A stretch of 63,461 nucleotides of DNA, the filler included, from Intoshia linei (taxonomy: Eukaryota; Animalia; Orthonectida): the NCBI GenBank assembly GCA_001642005.1. It is 8 parts of 8 records of this genome, joined end to end, with 100 filler letters (N's around TTAATTAATTAA, not from the genome) between each part and the next. Parts side by side here need not be neighbours in the genome. Positions count along the whole stretch, not along the records: positions 1 to 16,470 come from LWCA01000866.1; 7 more parts are not named here. One strand, written 5' to 3'. The notes beneath the pieces were generated by a model that worked only from the letters and a program-made list of their open reading frames with translations, was not told the DNA's origin and did not search any database. Each line of letters starts with the position of its first letter. Within the stretch, counting starts at the first letter, position 1. The position numbers were made by a program, and so were the translations under genes. Shown here piece after piece: positions 1 to 12,772 of the stretch.

Positions 1-880
1 CAAAACCGTCGAGACTAGTCTGAGCATGATTGGAATTTTGTCGTTTATAGCGATAAAACCAAGATAAATCTAAACTCTAGAGCCAGGAGGTATATAAGAC
101 AGCGAAAAAATACTAGATATAGATTGTCACATGTCCCTCCCCCCCACTGTCAAATTCTCTCCAAGTATTATGGTCTGGGGTGCGATTATGCAGAACGGAA
201 AGAGATTGCTGGTTCGATGCTTTAATCGCGTTAATTCGCATGAATATTGTAATATTCTGAAACTTTATATGTCCGAAATGCATGAGATAAGATATATTAT
301 ACAACAAGATGGTGCTTCGTCTCATACATCACTATTTACGAGTCAATGGATACAAAGTCAGCATTTAAATATGTTACCAAATTGGCCGCCACAGAGTCCA
401 GATTTAAATATAATTGAAAATCTTTGAAGTGAATTAAAGAAAAGGGTGCGTCAACGATCTCCTCAAAATTTGGAGTCACTATGGAGAATAACAAAGGAAG
501 AATTCTATAAAATACTTAACAATTATATCCATAATCTTTATGAGTCTATTCCGAGAAGATTAGATGACATATTTTCAGTAAATGGCGGAAATACTAAGTA
601 CTGACATTATTAAACCTTTTTAAATTTAATTTATTTAATTATGTCGTTTAATCATAAAATTAATCACGAGTGGTCAAAAAATATGAACGACTAAAATTAT
701 TACAATTTAATAATATTATCATTGTCATATCTAATAATTATCTAACAGTCTTCAAATTTAAATCATAACTTCTGATCATATTTACATTTTCTGAAATATA
801 AAATAAATTAAACAAAAACACTTATTAATAAAATAATTAACGATTTTATAAAGTGCTCAAAACATATGGACGAGTCTGTA
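1..880 (+). mobile_element. Tc1-like DNA transposon, 3' part (dead transposase plus right IR/DR terminus)
   Basis: Reading across TAG(16-18), a C-run frameshift (~140) and TGA(425-427) gives WNFVVYSD...IMVWGAI...QQDGASSH...WPPQSPDLNIIENL*SELKKRV...SIPRRL...GGNTKY* (stop ~603). Terminus ...CATATGGACGAGTCTG|TA at 878-880, with an inner repeat at 669-692. Confidence 0.9.
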
Positions 881-883
881 TGA

Positions 884-1390
884 TTTTTACTTATATAATA
901 TGCTACGCGATTTTTGTTTGTGTGTGTGTTCCACTTTATTGAAATAACTACCAATCTTAGAATTTTATAAAGTCCACATTTCAATTACAGTTTTTTCTGG
1001 GACATATAATAAGATAAATTTCAACCTTCCAAACTCACATCTTACGGGTCAAAAACCCCAATTGTCCTTTTTTTGAAAATTAAACAAAATCAAATTTTTT
1101 TTTTAAGTTGGAAAATTTAAAAAAATATATACGCTGATATAGATTTTAAAATCATAAACATTGTCATAAATTTAAATTTAAAAAAATTATATTTTCAAGG
1201 CCAAAACCATAAATTACCCTTCTTTTTTTAATGAAAACAGCTTTAGAATTTAAAATAATTTACAAGTGGTACAGTTGTATCATGTTAACACACACAAAAA
1301 ATGTCCGAATCAGTGATGACTTCACGGTCAAAATAGCATCTTAGTATTCAGATTTTTTTTTGGAAATTATTTGAAACTACGCCTTTTTTT
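884..1390 (+). mobile_element. Non-autonomous Helitron-family copy (5' part)
   Basis: Matches the dispersed family head CTTATATAATATGCTACGC...TGTGTGTG...CTTAGAATTTTATAAAGTCCACATTTCAATTACAG also at 9247(-), 26572, 27330(-), 35337 and 46785. Confidence 0.7.
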
Positions 1391-1394
1391 GCTA

Positions 1395-1620
1395 AAAAAT
1401 TTTTTAGTGACCTATTTTTCATTTTCATATGGCTTCGAACGTGGTAGGTTCGACTTTGCCATAAAACACCCCAGTTTTTAGGGTTTGCATTTTTAATTAT
1501 TAATATTACTAAAATGTAAATATAATGCAAGCCTTAAAGGTTGGAGTGTTTTATGGCAAAGCCGAACCTACCAAGCTCGAAGTCATATGAAAATGAAAAA
1601 TAAGTCATTAAGAAATTTTT
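1395..1620. repeat. Fold-back palindrome (MITE-like), ~97-bp arms around an AT spacer
   Basis: 1395-~1491 is an imperfect reverse complement of ~1524-1620 (e.g. GGTAGGTTCGACTTTGCCATAAAACAC / GTGTTTTATGGCAAAGCCGAACCTACC). Confidence 0.85.
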
Positions 1621-1650
1621 AATAATAATACATATCATTATAAAAAATAC

Positions 1651-4600
1651 TCTATGGTTAATCTGTTATTTACATCAATCTCTATACATCCTTTAATTAT
1701 TTTAATAATATCATCGGAATATATCTAAATGACATATATAAAATACTGAAAAATAAACAATATACATTGATTATACCAACTTTTATTATTTTAATTTATA
1801 AAATATCCCATGGTATGTAGAAAACTTTAATATACTATATTGCAGCGGTTCCCAAATGGGGCCTTCCGAGTCTGAGGGGGTGCAGATTTAAAAAAAATTT
1901 AAAATTAAGTTAGAATTTTTAACATCAATTTGATTTAGTACTTGATATTTAATTAATATATTTTTGAAATTCGGATTAATTTTGGATTTTAATAAATTTA
2001 AATTTTATTAACCCTGACGAGACAATAACACGTATATATACAAAAAAGAACAATCATAAATTTACAATTGTTTGTATACTAGGGTGTCAACCAGGGATTG
2101 GAAATAATTGATTGCAATCAATTATTTTGTATAAATTAATTAATTCTTTGCTAAATATTAATTTTTCAATTAATTGGTTTTTTTCATATAACTGAAAAAA
2201 TATAAATTGAATCCTTTTATTACGAATGGTTGAATGAAAAAATTAATTAATGAACAGAAAAAAAAGGTATTTAACCTACTAGCTTGACTTTTATGTACTT
2301 CGAACAAACATCATAATAGTATTGATTATAACCACATGACAATTTTTTAAAAAAATATTGTGATATTGTTATCAATCTTCAATTAATTGAAATTTTTTAT
2401 TTTTCATAAGGCAATTAATTGGAAAATATTTTTTTATTTTTCGATTAATTGAAAAATTATTTTAACAAACAATTAATTGATTATTTTTTCATAATTTTTA
2501 CTAATTAATTCCAATCCCTGGTGTCAACTACACTAAATAATGATTTATAACCAAAATAAAACCAGTAATATTAAAAGATAACATTTTTTAATAGCTGTTA
2601 TAATAATATAATAAACATATTTACTATTTTGTACTAATTGATCTTTTCTAAACATATTTGTATACTGTTGAGGGGCTCGACAATATCATTTTTTATGAAC
2701 TACTGATATGTTGTACATGTAATAATTTTTTTTATAAAAACATTAAAAGCCTGTACCTAATAAACTATTAAGCATAATCCACATAATATGTATAAAATAA
2801 AATTAAAATTTTTTCAAATTTTCAAATTCCAATTTTATTTGAATATGAGAGTCAACGACAAAAAATATTGTGATTCCCTCATACATATATTGTATATATG
2901 TCATATGTCATATCTTGTATATCCTACTATATAAGCTAAACTTCAATATTTAATAATTTTTAAATATTAATGGTTAAAGTCAGTATTTAAGAATTATTTC
3001 TAGAAATGAGCAGTTTCTAATATATTCCACCACATGAAATTATACAATAATATAATATAAAAGAATTACGGAACAAATTTGGTTCAATGCGGTTTCAAAA
3101 TCAAAATCGTTTTTTATATGTTTACATTTTATCATTATTTTTGCAAAAGAATTCAAATCGAAAAAATGATACGTAGTTAATTCCATTAAAATGCAACCGA
3201 ATGACCATATATCTAATGCTGGGTTAATTACATTAGTTTCACTGTGAGTTTCAGGTGCCATATATATTGTTTGTCCTATTTAATTCAACATACATATATT
3301 CTTGTATAATAGATTCTCAAAATAAATAAATAATTCCAGTAATATTAATCAAAGATGTACAATGTACAATGTACATAGTAAAATTTGTATAATACCTATA
3401 CTACACCTAGATTTGTTGAATTGTTGATCGACATCAATCGAAAAACCAAAATCTCCAATGCATAAATCATCATTTTTTGAGAATAATACATTTCCAGGTT
3501 TTAAATCCCTAAAATTATCGTATTTAAAGTAAAAAATATTTCCAATTCATATATTTAAATTAACATGTAACATGTAAATAGATTTGTTACACTTTAATTA
3601 AATTACCTATGAACAATACATTTCATATGTATATAGGAAAGGGCATGCAACAATTGTCCCACCCACATTTCTAATTTCTAAAATGAAAGATATACTCTTA
3701 AATTAATTGCATTCAATTTTTTTAAATATCACAACTAGCGTAGAATAGTGGTACCCAATGTTTTTCATATTAGCACCCATTTTTGAATAAAATATATTTT
3801 GCTGCTCATTTGTAAAGTTAACAGTTTAGTTTAGTTAAACATAACATTGTATATTTTCAAGATTGGTCCAGAATTCAGTTTAGCCCTTTCAGTTAATCAT
3901 ATTTTGAGATATTTTGATTAAGCGTTGCATTTATAGATTAATATATTATAAATATAGATTAAAAGTATAGAATCAAATCCTATCCTAACGTATAAAAAAA
4001 TATATCTTCGAAGCCAAAACTCAAAATTACCCCTTTTTTTTAATGAAAAAAACCCTAGAATTTAAAAAAATTACAGGTCGTGCAATTGTATCCTGTTAAC
4101 AAACAAAAAAATAATTCAATCTGAATAAGTGACACCTTCGCGGTCAAAAAAGCATTTTAGTATTCATATATTTTTTTTCCGAAATATTTTATTAAAACAA
4201 AAAATGCGAAATAATTAACTATCCGGAAATTAAATAAAAGATTAATCTGATAAAGCTTATTCCAGTTGATATAAATAAAAAATTTCAATCCCAGAAATCT
4301 ACGCATTCCCGGTGAAAAATAATTTTTAATATATTATCAACCAATATTTTTCAAACATTTCGATTAAAATAAAAATTGAAAATGTAAATATTGATCCTAC
4401 AATTTCAAAAAAAATGTGCATTGAACGTATACACATTTCCAATAAAGAAATAAGGGTAAAAATGTATATAATTCATTCCTTCGGAATTTTTTTCATTGCT
4501 AAACAATTTTTAAATCTCAAATTATCATTTTCAAAACATTTTGAATAAAATTTAAATAAAAACAACAATTGAAACTGCTTTAGCAATATACCCTGAAAAA

Positions 4601-6250
4601 GATAATGTATTTAAAAGTATTACACTCTCACCAAGTACTATTATCCGTAGAACGGAGGATATTGGAATACAGTTAAATTCACAAATTATTGAACACTGTG
4701 ATAATTTTTATTCATATTCACTTGCAATTGATGAATCTGTTGACATTACAAGTATTTTGCAACTTGTAATATTTATACGTGATATTGATTGTGAATTTAA
4801 TATTACACAATAGTTAGCATCAGTTTGTAGTATGTATGGAACCACTGGCGCATCGGACATATTACATTATATCAGTGCTTTCCAACCATTTTTCGTTGGC
4901 GACACATATTTCAATCTCAAAAAATTTCGCGACACACCAATCAAAAAAATAAAAGATTGATAAATAAATATAGTTGAACCAATTTTTTTCTAATACTAAT
5001 CTGAAAATAAGCTATGTAAAATTTATCATCATCACTAAAAATATCTTTTATTTGCATTTTTACGTCTTCCCATTGTATTGTCTGCTAATGGAATTTAAGA
5101 AAAAATTAAATAAAATTTTAACTTTGGCGACACAGAAAAGTGTCACGACACACCGGTTGGAAAGCATTGCATTATATTATATTACATATACAATTCTTAT
5201 AAATGATAATTACGATAATAACAAAATAAATAAATAATGGGTAATAAATAACGTCAAATAGGTAATTTTAGAGAGTAATTAGTAAGAATATAATTTACCT
5301 TTATGTCAATAGATTGATCTGATTGTCTTAATTTTGATAATTTGGTTTTTAAATCGCAATTTTCATAATGTTGCATGATAATGCACAAATTGATGGCAGA
5401 TATATCATTATCCCAAAAAATAAAGAAATCTAGAAATTTGCAGACATATTCATGTTGTAAATTTTTCAATATTTTGATCTATAATATAAATTTAAATGTA
5501 ATGTAATATTTATAACATGTAATAACGTGTGTTAAAATTCAAACAAACAAAATAAACCATCTGATAAAAATGAAAATTTATATTTCTAATAGGATGATGT
5601 GACTCCCAAAAACCCACCAACTTTGATCTGATTCATAATTAAGCATTTCACATTTCCCGTATATTTCTATCAAAACACCAAAATACAGGCATGTATTTAA
5701 AGACACAATATAACTAACATAATAATATTAATAGAAATTACTTCGGAATAAGCTTGATTTGCAATTATTTCGTCTTTGAATTCAATCTAAAACAAAAATT
5801 AGTACATTAAATATTAATATGCATAATATCGTTATTTATCTTCAGATCTATTTCCACTAAATATGGTGACGCAACTTCAAATCTTTAAAATATACTCGAA
5901 AAAGTATACTTTTTATTATTTCAAAAGATTTAATGATTTCTGAAACCACACATGGTTTAACGATTTTTTATTTAATTTTATAAAGACATAGAATACTATG
6001 TTCTCCGAAAAATTAAATCATCTCAGGCTACACTAGATGTCGCAACCCGTGCGAAAACTGATTAAAATGTCAAACTATCAAATTTAGTTTTTGTAAAATT
6101 TTTAAAATTTACCTTTTTCATGACAAAATTTTCTTTCTTACCTTTTTCTTCAACTAAATATGCGTCTCCCTGAGACCCTTCATTAAGTAATGACAAAATC
6201 TAAAACTATATTAAAAAATATACTATTTATTTAACTTTATATTTATCCAT
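1651..6250 (-). CDS. STKLD1: STKLD1/SgK071-like Ser/Thr protein kinase (multi-exon; 3' end not found in window)
   Basis: Spliced exons: MDKYK (ATG 6250) | ILSLLNEGSQGDAYLVEEKGKKEKFVMKK | IEFKDEIIANQAYSE | IKILKNLQHEYVCKFLDFFIFWDNDISAINLCIIMQHY...IDIK | KLEMWVGQLLHALSYIHMKCIVHR | DLKPGNVLF...IGDFG | GQTIYMAPE...DIWSFGCILMEL...QICS | IYSDDIIKIIKGCIEIDVNNRLTI (1724-1651). FIFWDNDISAINLCIIM resembles recalled STKLD1 FITWNGEISSLYLCLVM. Confidence 0.75.
1843..2705. mobile_element. hAT-type MITE carrying a nested MITE; second copy inverted at 23591-24010
   Basis: CAGCGGTTCCCAAA start and ...GAACTACTG end, flanks CTATATTG/ATATGTTG; body is the reverse complement of 23591-24010. Confidence 0.7.
2092..2520. 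mobile_element. hAT MITE with perfect 8-bp TSD
   Basis: TIRs CAGGGATTGGAA / TTCCAATCCCTG; TSD GTGTCAAC at 2084-2091 and 2521-2528. Confidence 0.9.
4480..4864 (+). mobile_element. Buster/Charlie-type (GTF2IRD2/SPIN-like) hAT transposase fragment
   Basis: ITLSPSTIIRRTEDIG...YSLAIDESVDITSILQLVIFIR...*LASVCSMYGTTGASDI, with an internal stop. Confidence 0.8.
4873..5169. mobile_element. hAT MITE with perfect 8-bp TSD
   Basis: TIRs CAGTGCTTTCCAACC / GGTTGGAAAGCATTG; TSD CATTATAT at 4865-4872 and 5170-5177. Confidence 0.9.
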
Positions 6251-6699
6251 AAAAGATTTTTCAACAAAAATTAACTATTAAAATATAATTTGACTGCAAT
6301 CATAAAATTCTAGTTAATTTGTGTTGTTTTCATAGCCAGGACACTACTTTCTAATAATTTAATATATTTGATCCAAATATATTTGTTAACGACACATATT
6401 AAAATTCTATTGTTTAGTATTATTTTAATAATGATACATTATTTACTAATAACATTTTCAATATTTATAGAACAAATTATATGAGAAATAAGTTTAATCT
6501 TTGAATGTAACTATATAAAAACTTTTAAAAATCATGGTTTAATTATAATTATTCTTCAAATGTGTCAATATTATCTCTTTAAATGTTATCCAGTTCAAGT
6601 TTATCTAATATTAATATCTAATTTTTATAAAATTATAGTTGATCTCGATTTAATTTAGAATTTAATTCAATCGATGCATGGCAAAAACTCATATTAGAT

Positions 6700-7447
6700 A
6701 TGATAGCATATACATAAAAATAAAATATTACTTTTTGCCATGCATCGATTGACCAACTACATTGATCGGAGCAGAAGCGTAAACGGTTAGAAATTTTTTT
6801 CATAGAAAGCTTGGGTCTTTTACTAACTGAATAAGATTTTATTCCGTTTTCTATCAGCCTCCTACAAACTGTGATGTTGCTTGCATCTACGGTCCATTGT
6901 TTTTTAATAACTTTCAACACATTTGATGTTGAATTTGGTGTAATCTAATAAAATTTCTGTCGTCGCGGATATCAGATAACCTTCTCCCACTTATTTTATT
7001 ACTTTTATTTTTTCGGAGCCGTTTCATGGTTTTAGAAATGGTTGTATAGGGCCGACCCACTTGTTTGTCAATTTCACGCAATGATTTTACTTCTTCGTGT
7101 AATTTTAATATTAAAATTTGTTCTTGATGATTTAACTCTCTGTTTTAAAAATAATCAGATGAAATCTATCAATTTAATTATGAATTATTTTAAATTTATG
7201 ATGATGTTGACGTACTTTTAAATCGTTCATTTGTCAAAATTGAACATAATTGTATTTTGTTTTTATTTTAATTAATTTAAAAATAAAGGAAAAACTGAAT
7301 TTATTTTTTTATTATTTTAACCATATCTATAATTATAATGACCCTAAAATTAAAATCAAAAATTATACTTACATTTACTAATAAATTGAAAAACATGCAA
7401 AATATTTAAAAATATTTTTTTTGTTGACTTAATTTTGAATATGACTG
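6700..7447 (-). mobile_element. Tc1-like transposon, 5' part (left TIR plus DNA-binding region)
   Basis: TA|CAGTCATATTCAAAATTAAGTC terminus; ELNHQEQILILKLHEEVKSLREIDKQVGRPYTTIS and TVCRRLIENGIKSYSVSKRPKLS...RLRFCSDQCSWSIDAWQKVIF, with frameshifts. Confidence 0.85.
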
Positions 7448-8211
7448 TATCTGTTAGTAGTACTAACAGTTGTACTAACTTAGTACATACTTTTTCCATT
7501 GCGGATGAAACAATATTATCAACATTGAAATTGAAATAAATCTCAAAATTATATATTAACACTTTAAGACTCGAGAACTGCATATGCAGTTTGGAATGGA
7601 AACTTTAATGACTCTAATTACTTTAACAAACAAAATTTTTGAACACTTCAAATCGATTTGTCACACCAATCAAAGAATCAAGGATAGTTAGCGTGAAAAT
7701 GGTGTATTTTAGGAAAAAATCAATTACAAATTAATACATTTTTATTTTTTAAATCAACTTGAATTTTATTTTTATCCGTATGCCCATTTGCCACCCTAAA
7801 TTTATGAAATGTAAAAAAAAAAAATTTTTTTAAAATTTTCGAGAAATTGTAGTACACTCCGTCCACTAATTTTAAAGACACTATGATATTGTGACATAGC
7901 TTCCTTATTTGTTAATATATTATAAAAATACAATTCGCGAACAAATAGTTGTTATTTTGGACTTAATTGATAGAATATATCCTTATTGAGATGTACTAAA
8001 TGTAAATGCTGTACAAGTTTTGTGATTATCTCACGATTTTGATCGTTTATCAATGAATTCAATTTATGGCGCAATTTTATCCTTTTGTAGAGATTTGACT
8101 TAATGTAAGATATATATTGAAATATAATTAACAAGTTAACAATTTGCGTAAATTTTTTCATGATTCGATTTTATTATATATTAATATATATAATTTATAA
8201 TTAATTTTAAT

Positions 8212-8741
8212 AAAGTATGTACTAAGTTAGTACAACTGTTAGTACTACTAACAGATACAGTCATATTCAAAATTAAGTCAACAAAAAAAATATTTTTAAA
8301 TATTTTGCATGTTTTTCAATTTATTAGTAAATGTAAGTATAATTTTTGATTTTAATTTTAGGGTCATTATAATTATAGATATGGTTAAAATAATAAAAAA
8401 ATAAATTCAGTTTTTCCTTTATTTTTAAATTAATTAAAATAAAAACAAAATACAATTATGTTCAATTTTGACAAATGAACTATTTAAAAGTACGTCAACA
8501 CTATCATAAATTTAAAATAATTCATAATTAAATTGATAGATTTCATCTGATTATTTTTAAAACAGAGAGTTAAATCATCAAGAACAAATTTTAATATTAA
8601 AATTACACGAAGAAGTAAAATCATTGCGTGAAATTGACAAACAAGTGGGTCGGCCCTATACAACCATTTCTAAAACCATGAAACGGCTCCGAGAAAATAA
8701 AAGTAATGAAATAAGTGGGAGAAGGTTATCTGATATCCGCG
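8212..8741 (+). repeat. Near-identical inverted copy of 6964-7493 (Tc1 left end plus flank)
   Basis: About 530 bp reverse-complement match with only a few differences; bracketed by the direct repeat TTCATGATTCGATTT at 8157-8171 and 8750-8764. Confidence 0.9.
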
Positions 8742-9411
8742 TATTCGATTTCATGATTCGATTTAATTTCAAACATATAAATGTATAAACATATATGAGA
8801 TAATAAATCCGGATAGTATTTTGAAGAAATTTGAATATTTGTAGGGTAAATTATGTTTTTCGTTAAATAGAATGAATAAATTTTATTTACAAAAGCTGAT
8901 TATTAGTAAATTAACATGTATTATATTTAAAATATAAATTAAATTCGCAAAATTTATTCACTAATTATTGTTACATTACAATTGCAAAATTATCTATTAT
9001 TTTGTATTTTTAGTAGATAAATTATCTACTAACGGTACAAATTAGCAAATTATTTACTAACAAATTATCTAGTAACGCTGCTTGACTGTAATTACAATTT
9101 TTTTTACAAATTAAATTTGTATAATTATATTTTTTCTATTGGGGAATACATTGAACCTGGTCTTTATAAAATTCTAAGATTTGTAGTTATTGAAATAAAC
9201 GATAGCACACACACACAGGCAAACAAAGAAAATTATATAATTAAGGATAATCGTCATAACAATTAATTTTAGAATAACATTTTTATAGAACCTTTCCTCA
9301 AATTGAACATTTAATAAAATTTATAAGATAAAATTTATTGACAATTTAATGAAATTAAAATTGATTTGATGGTTTTTAGAATTTTTGAGTTTTGTAAATT
9401 TTATATAGATA

Positions 9412-11242
9412 TTAAACAAGATTAGTTAATTTCATAGAACTTTTAGGTTGTTTGCTTTTATCATTATTTTCACATTTTAATTTATTATTAATAAATTGAT
9501 CATGTTTATTACGACTTTCGGCTAACAGGCGAGAACTCTGTTTAAGTCTTTCCATAAGAAAAATTTTTTGTCGATTTTTGATATCTGGTGTACAATGATT
9601 CAAACTCAATGAAATTTTGTTATCAAAATCTTTAAATGTATTTTTGATACTGTGATTAGTTAAATTTAAATTGAATTTAAAATCAAGTGGAAAGGAAGTT
9701 TTATAATTTTTAATAGTATCATGTGAGCTTATACCCAGATAATTTAATTTTGATTTAATCCTTTCATTGATAACATTATCATTTAACGATGTAATTGGTT
9801 GTTTAAAATTTCCCAATTCATAATTTTTATGGTTTTCTCGAAATGTTAGGGATATTTTTTGTTTACTTTTATTTGTATAATATCTAGTTTGATTTTTTCT
9901 TATCAAATTATGCATAGCCTCAAAATTTGATTTAGTTGGTGGACTATTTACAGTTATTATATCAATTCTATCTTTAGATTTATTGGAATTTTTTGATTCA
10001 TATTTTAAATCAATTTTTGATTTTTCTTGTTTTTTAGGAAATTTTATACTTTGAAATTTCTTTTCTGAATCATTCAGAGCTTTGTTACTTTTAATTTTAG
10101 CATTTTGATAATTTATTTTAACAAATTCTTGATTCACTTTTTCTCGTTTTATATTACTCTTTTCCGGTTTAATCAAATTTTCGTTAGATAAAAACAAATT
10201 TACACAATTTAAATTTTTCGTGTAATTTGTCAGTAAATATTCCAAATCTTGTTCTGAAGCTTCTCTGATAAACGTATCAATCTCTAGGAATGTTTCTTTG
10301 CTTTTTGGAAATGTTTTTGCATTTTTATTCATCATGGTTGTGTCTTGAACGTATTTTTTTATGTACGCTGATAATTTTTCAATTAGCATTGGTTTTTCTG
10401 ATAAATTCTTTTCCTTAAATTGCAAATTTTTGTTTTTCCAATTTAAATCGCAATCACTAACCTTGTTTAGAAATTTTTCAATTAATCCCATTTGGAGGTT
10501 TCCACTCTTTTCTAAATCGCAGTTATTTATTGTTTGAATGTTTTCCTTGATTCTCAATAAATATGCTGCAAATGCGTTTCTAGCGTGTACATGTGAAAGT
10601 GCGATGCTATATTTTTGAATAGTTTCAGAGGTGTAAACTTTTAACGGTTTGACAGTTTCTTTGAGCAGCGAATCTTTGTTTTCAATAAATTTTGTTTTAT
10701 GAGATGTCATACATTTTGTTTTGTTTTCGACTACACTAGTGTCAATGTTTAATTTCTTTTTAAATTTCATTTGTATTTCTTCGCCCTCGTTTTTATCGGC
10801 ATATCGTTCCATTTTTATATTGTATGGTTTTGAACGTCTGCTACCCCATTTTAATTGGCGTATATATTGACCATGATGTTCATTACACATTTCCATGTAT
10901 GCTTCTTTATCAAATGTTGCAAGTGTTCGGTTGTATATTGAACTCGAGTTTAGAACATTTACATTGTTTGAAAATGATAATTTCCTTTTTGTTATATTTT
11001 CATAGTATTGGTAAATTTTTCGATTTCCAACCAAACAATTGTTGTATGGAGATACATTTTGGCATGGACTTAATTTCTCTTTATCTGCGTTTTTGTATTT
11101 ATTGTTACTTTGGCCAAATAAATTTCTGTGTAATACAAAATCATTAGTTTTTCCTACTATAAAATGACCATATTGATCTAATGATGTTGATGTAGGAAAA
11201 ATTCGAACCCAAGCGTGGCGTCGTTCATTTTCTTCTTTTGTT
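9412..11242 (-). CDS. TTLL5: Tubulin polyglutamylase TTLL5-like, large 3' exon (TTL catalytic exons not seen)
   Basis: The ORF extends upstream of the listed TTG to an acceptor at 11243: TKEENERRHAWVRIFPTSTSLDQYG; also HARNAFAAYL, QMGLIEKFL and FIREASEQDLEYLLTNYTK. These match recalled TTLL5 motifs KEENDRRGGFIRIFPT, QARIAFSAYL, QMELVVRFL and FIRQASEAELEEVLTFYT. Confidence 0.8.
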
Positions 11243-11384
11243 CTAAATATTTATTTATCATAATGTGAAGTATTTCTATTAACCAGTTAAGAGTCTTTAG
11301 CACATTTATGTATTACATTATATTTTGTTTTAAGTATCTGGTGAGTCATTTACATTCAGCGATACATAGATATAACATGTATAG

Positions 11385-11960
11385 TAGGGTGTGAATTTTA
11401 TTACTTTTTTTTGAAATTTTATAGTGCAGGAACAGATAAAGTCGCGTATGAAAGTTTTATGGCTACACTGAAAAAAATCATTTTGGAGAAATTTTTGTGG
11501 AAACGTTTGCCATTTTTAAAAATTTGATACAAAAATGTTCTACAAAAACTAAAATATAACTTTATTTTATGAAATGTTACTATTTGTTTTTACATGATAT
11601 ATGTTAGTAAAAAATTTTTAAAAAACTACATTAGTATATGAACTTTAAACATCGATAAAATAAACAATAAATGAGGTAGAATTGAATTTAAAAGTGCAAA
11701 GTAAACAATTAAACATGACGATCAATAAAACACCACTCAAAGTATAGGTAGCACATCCCATGATAATATTTCATAAAATAAAGTTATATTTCAATTGTTG
11801 TATTACATTTTTGTATGAAATCTTTAAAATGGCCAGCGTCTCCGCAAATTTTTATCTAATTTAATTATTTTTGTTGTATTTTCATTTTTGATTAATTACT
11901 CAGCTTTATCCAATCCTGCACTTAATTTTTAAAAAATTTTAAAAATTTTAAACACCCCTA
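11385..11960. mobile_element. MITE with TAGGGTG-type terminal inverted repeats
   Basis: TAGGGTGTGAATTT at ~11385 and AAACACCCCTA at ~11960; long internal inverted segments (e.g. ATATAACTTTATTTTATGAAAT / ATTTCATAAAATAAAGTTATAT). Confidence 0.65.
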
Positions 11961-12772
11961 ATGTATACTGCATGTTTCACCATAACGAATTAAATTAAAA
12001 TGGCCAAAAAAATACGTACTATCACTTTTAGTTTATTTGGAATAGAGTATTTTATAGAGTGTCTAGAGTATTGTATATAGTTGTATATATATTGTATAGT
12101 ATTGTTATAGAGTATTTAATATTTTAAGTAGAGTGTCCAGATTTTATAAGTACTAAATAAGTACTTTTAGAAATGTTTTCGAAACAAAAACAACAATAAA
12201 ATTAGAAGTGAAAGTTCTAACAATTTGAAATTTTCAATAATTTAAAATATGAAATATAAATGTTAATTTTGTTGATATTTATCATTGAGAATTATTTTTT
12301 TACATAATTCACTATCATTTTCCAAATGTTTGTAAAAATCAAAAAACTCTCTTTACCATTATATTTATTTTATAATTACAATTATAATTTTTTTTGGCAT
12401 AATTAATTTTTATTAATTAATAAATTTGAAGTGATCAAAATTAAACGATATAAAGTGTTTTTAATATAAATTTATTAAAACTTTACTTTATTAAGAAAGT
12501 GAAAAATTGACTAAAATTATCTATGGTATTTACGAATACTTATAACTGTTAAATGTTTCACTAATTATTCCATTTTTTCCTAGCTTGGATTAATTTAAAA
12601 AATTTTAACACACCACACAACACTGTTGACTGAATACTAAAATTTTGGAACACCCCTATCATGCACTCATGACTACAATCAATTAAAAAATTCGCCCCGA
12701 CAGATCTATCTACTGTTTGTACCAAGTACGTAACAAAGTAATTCAAAGTAATAAAACTATAATAAAACGTAC

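Noticed and set aside
1-603. TGA/TAG at Trp positions suggesting an alternative genetic code
   Set aside because: They occur only in dead transposons and pseudogenes; intact genes use TGG for Trp and have no internal stops.
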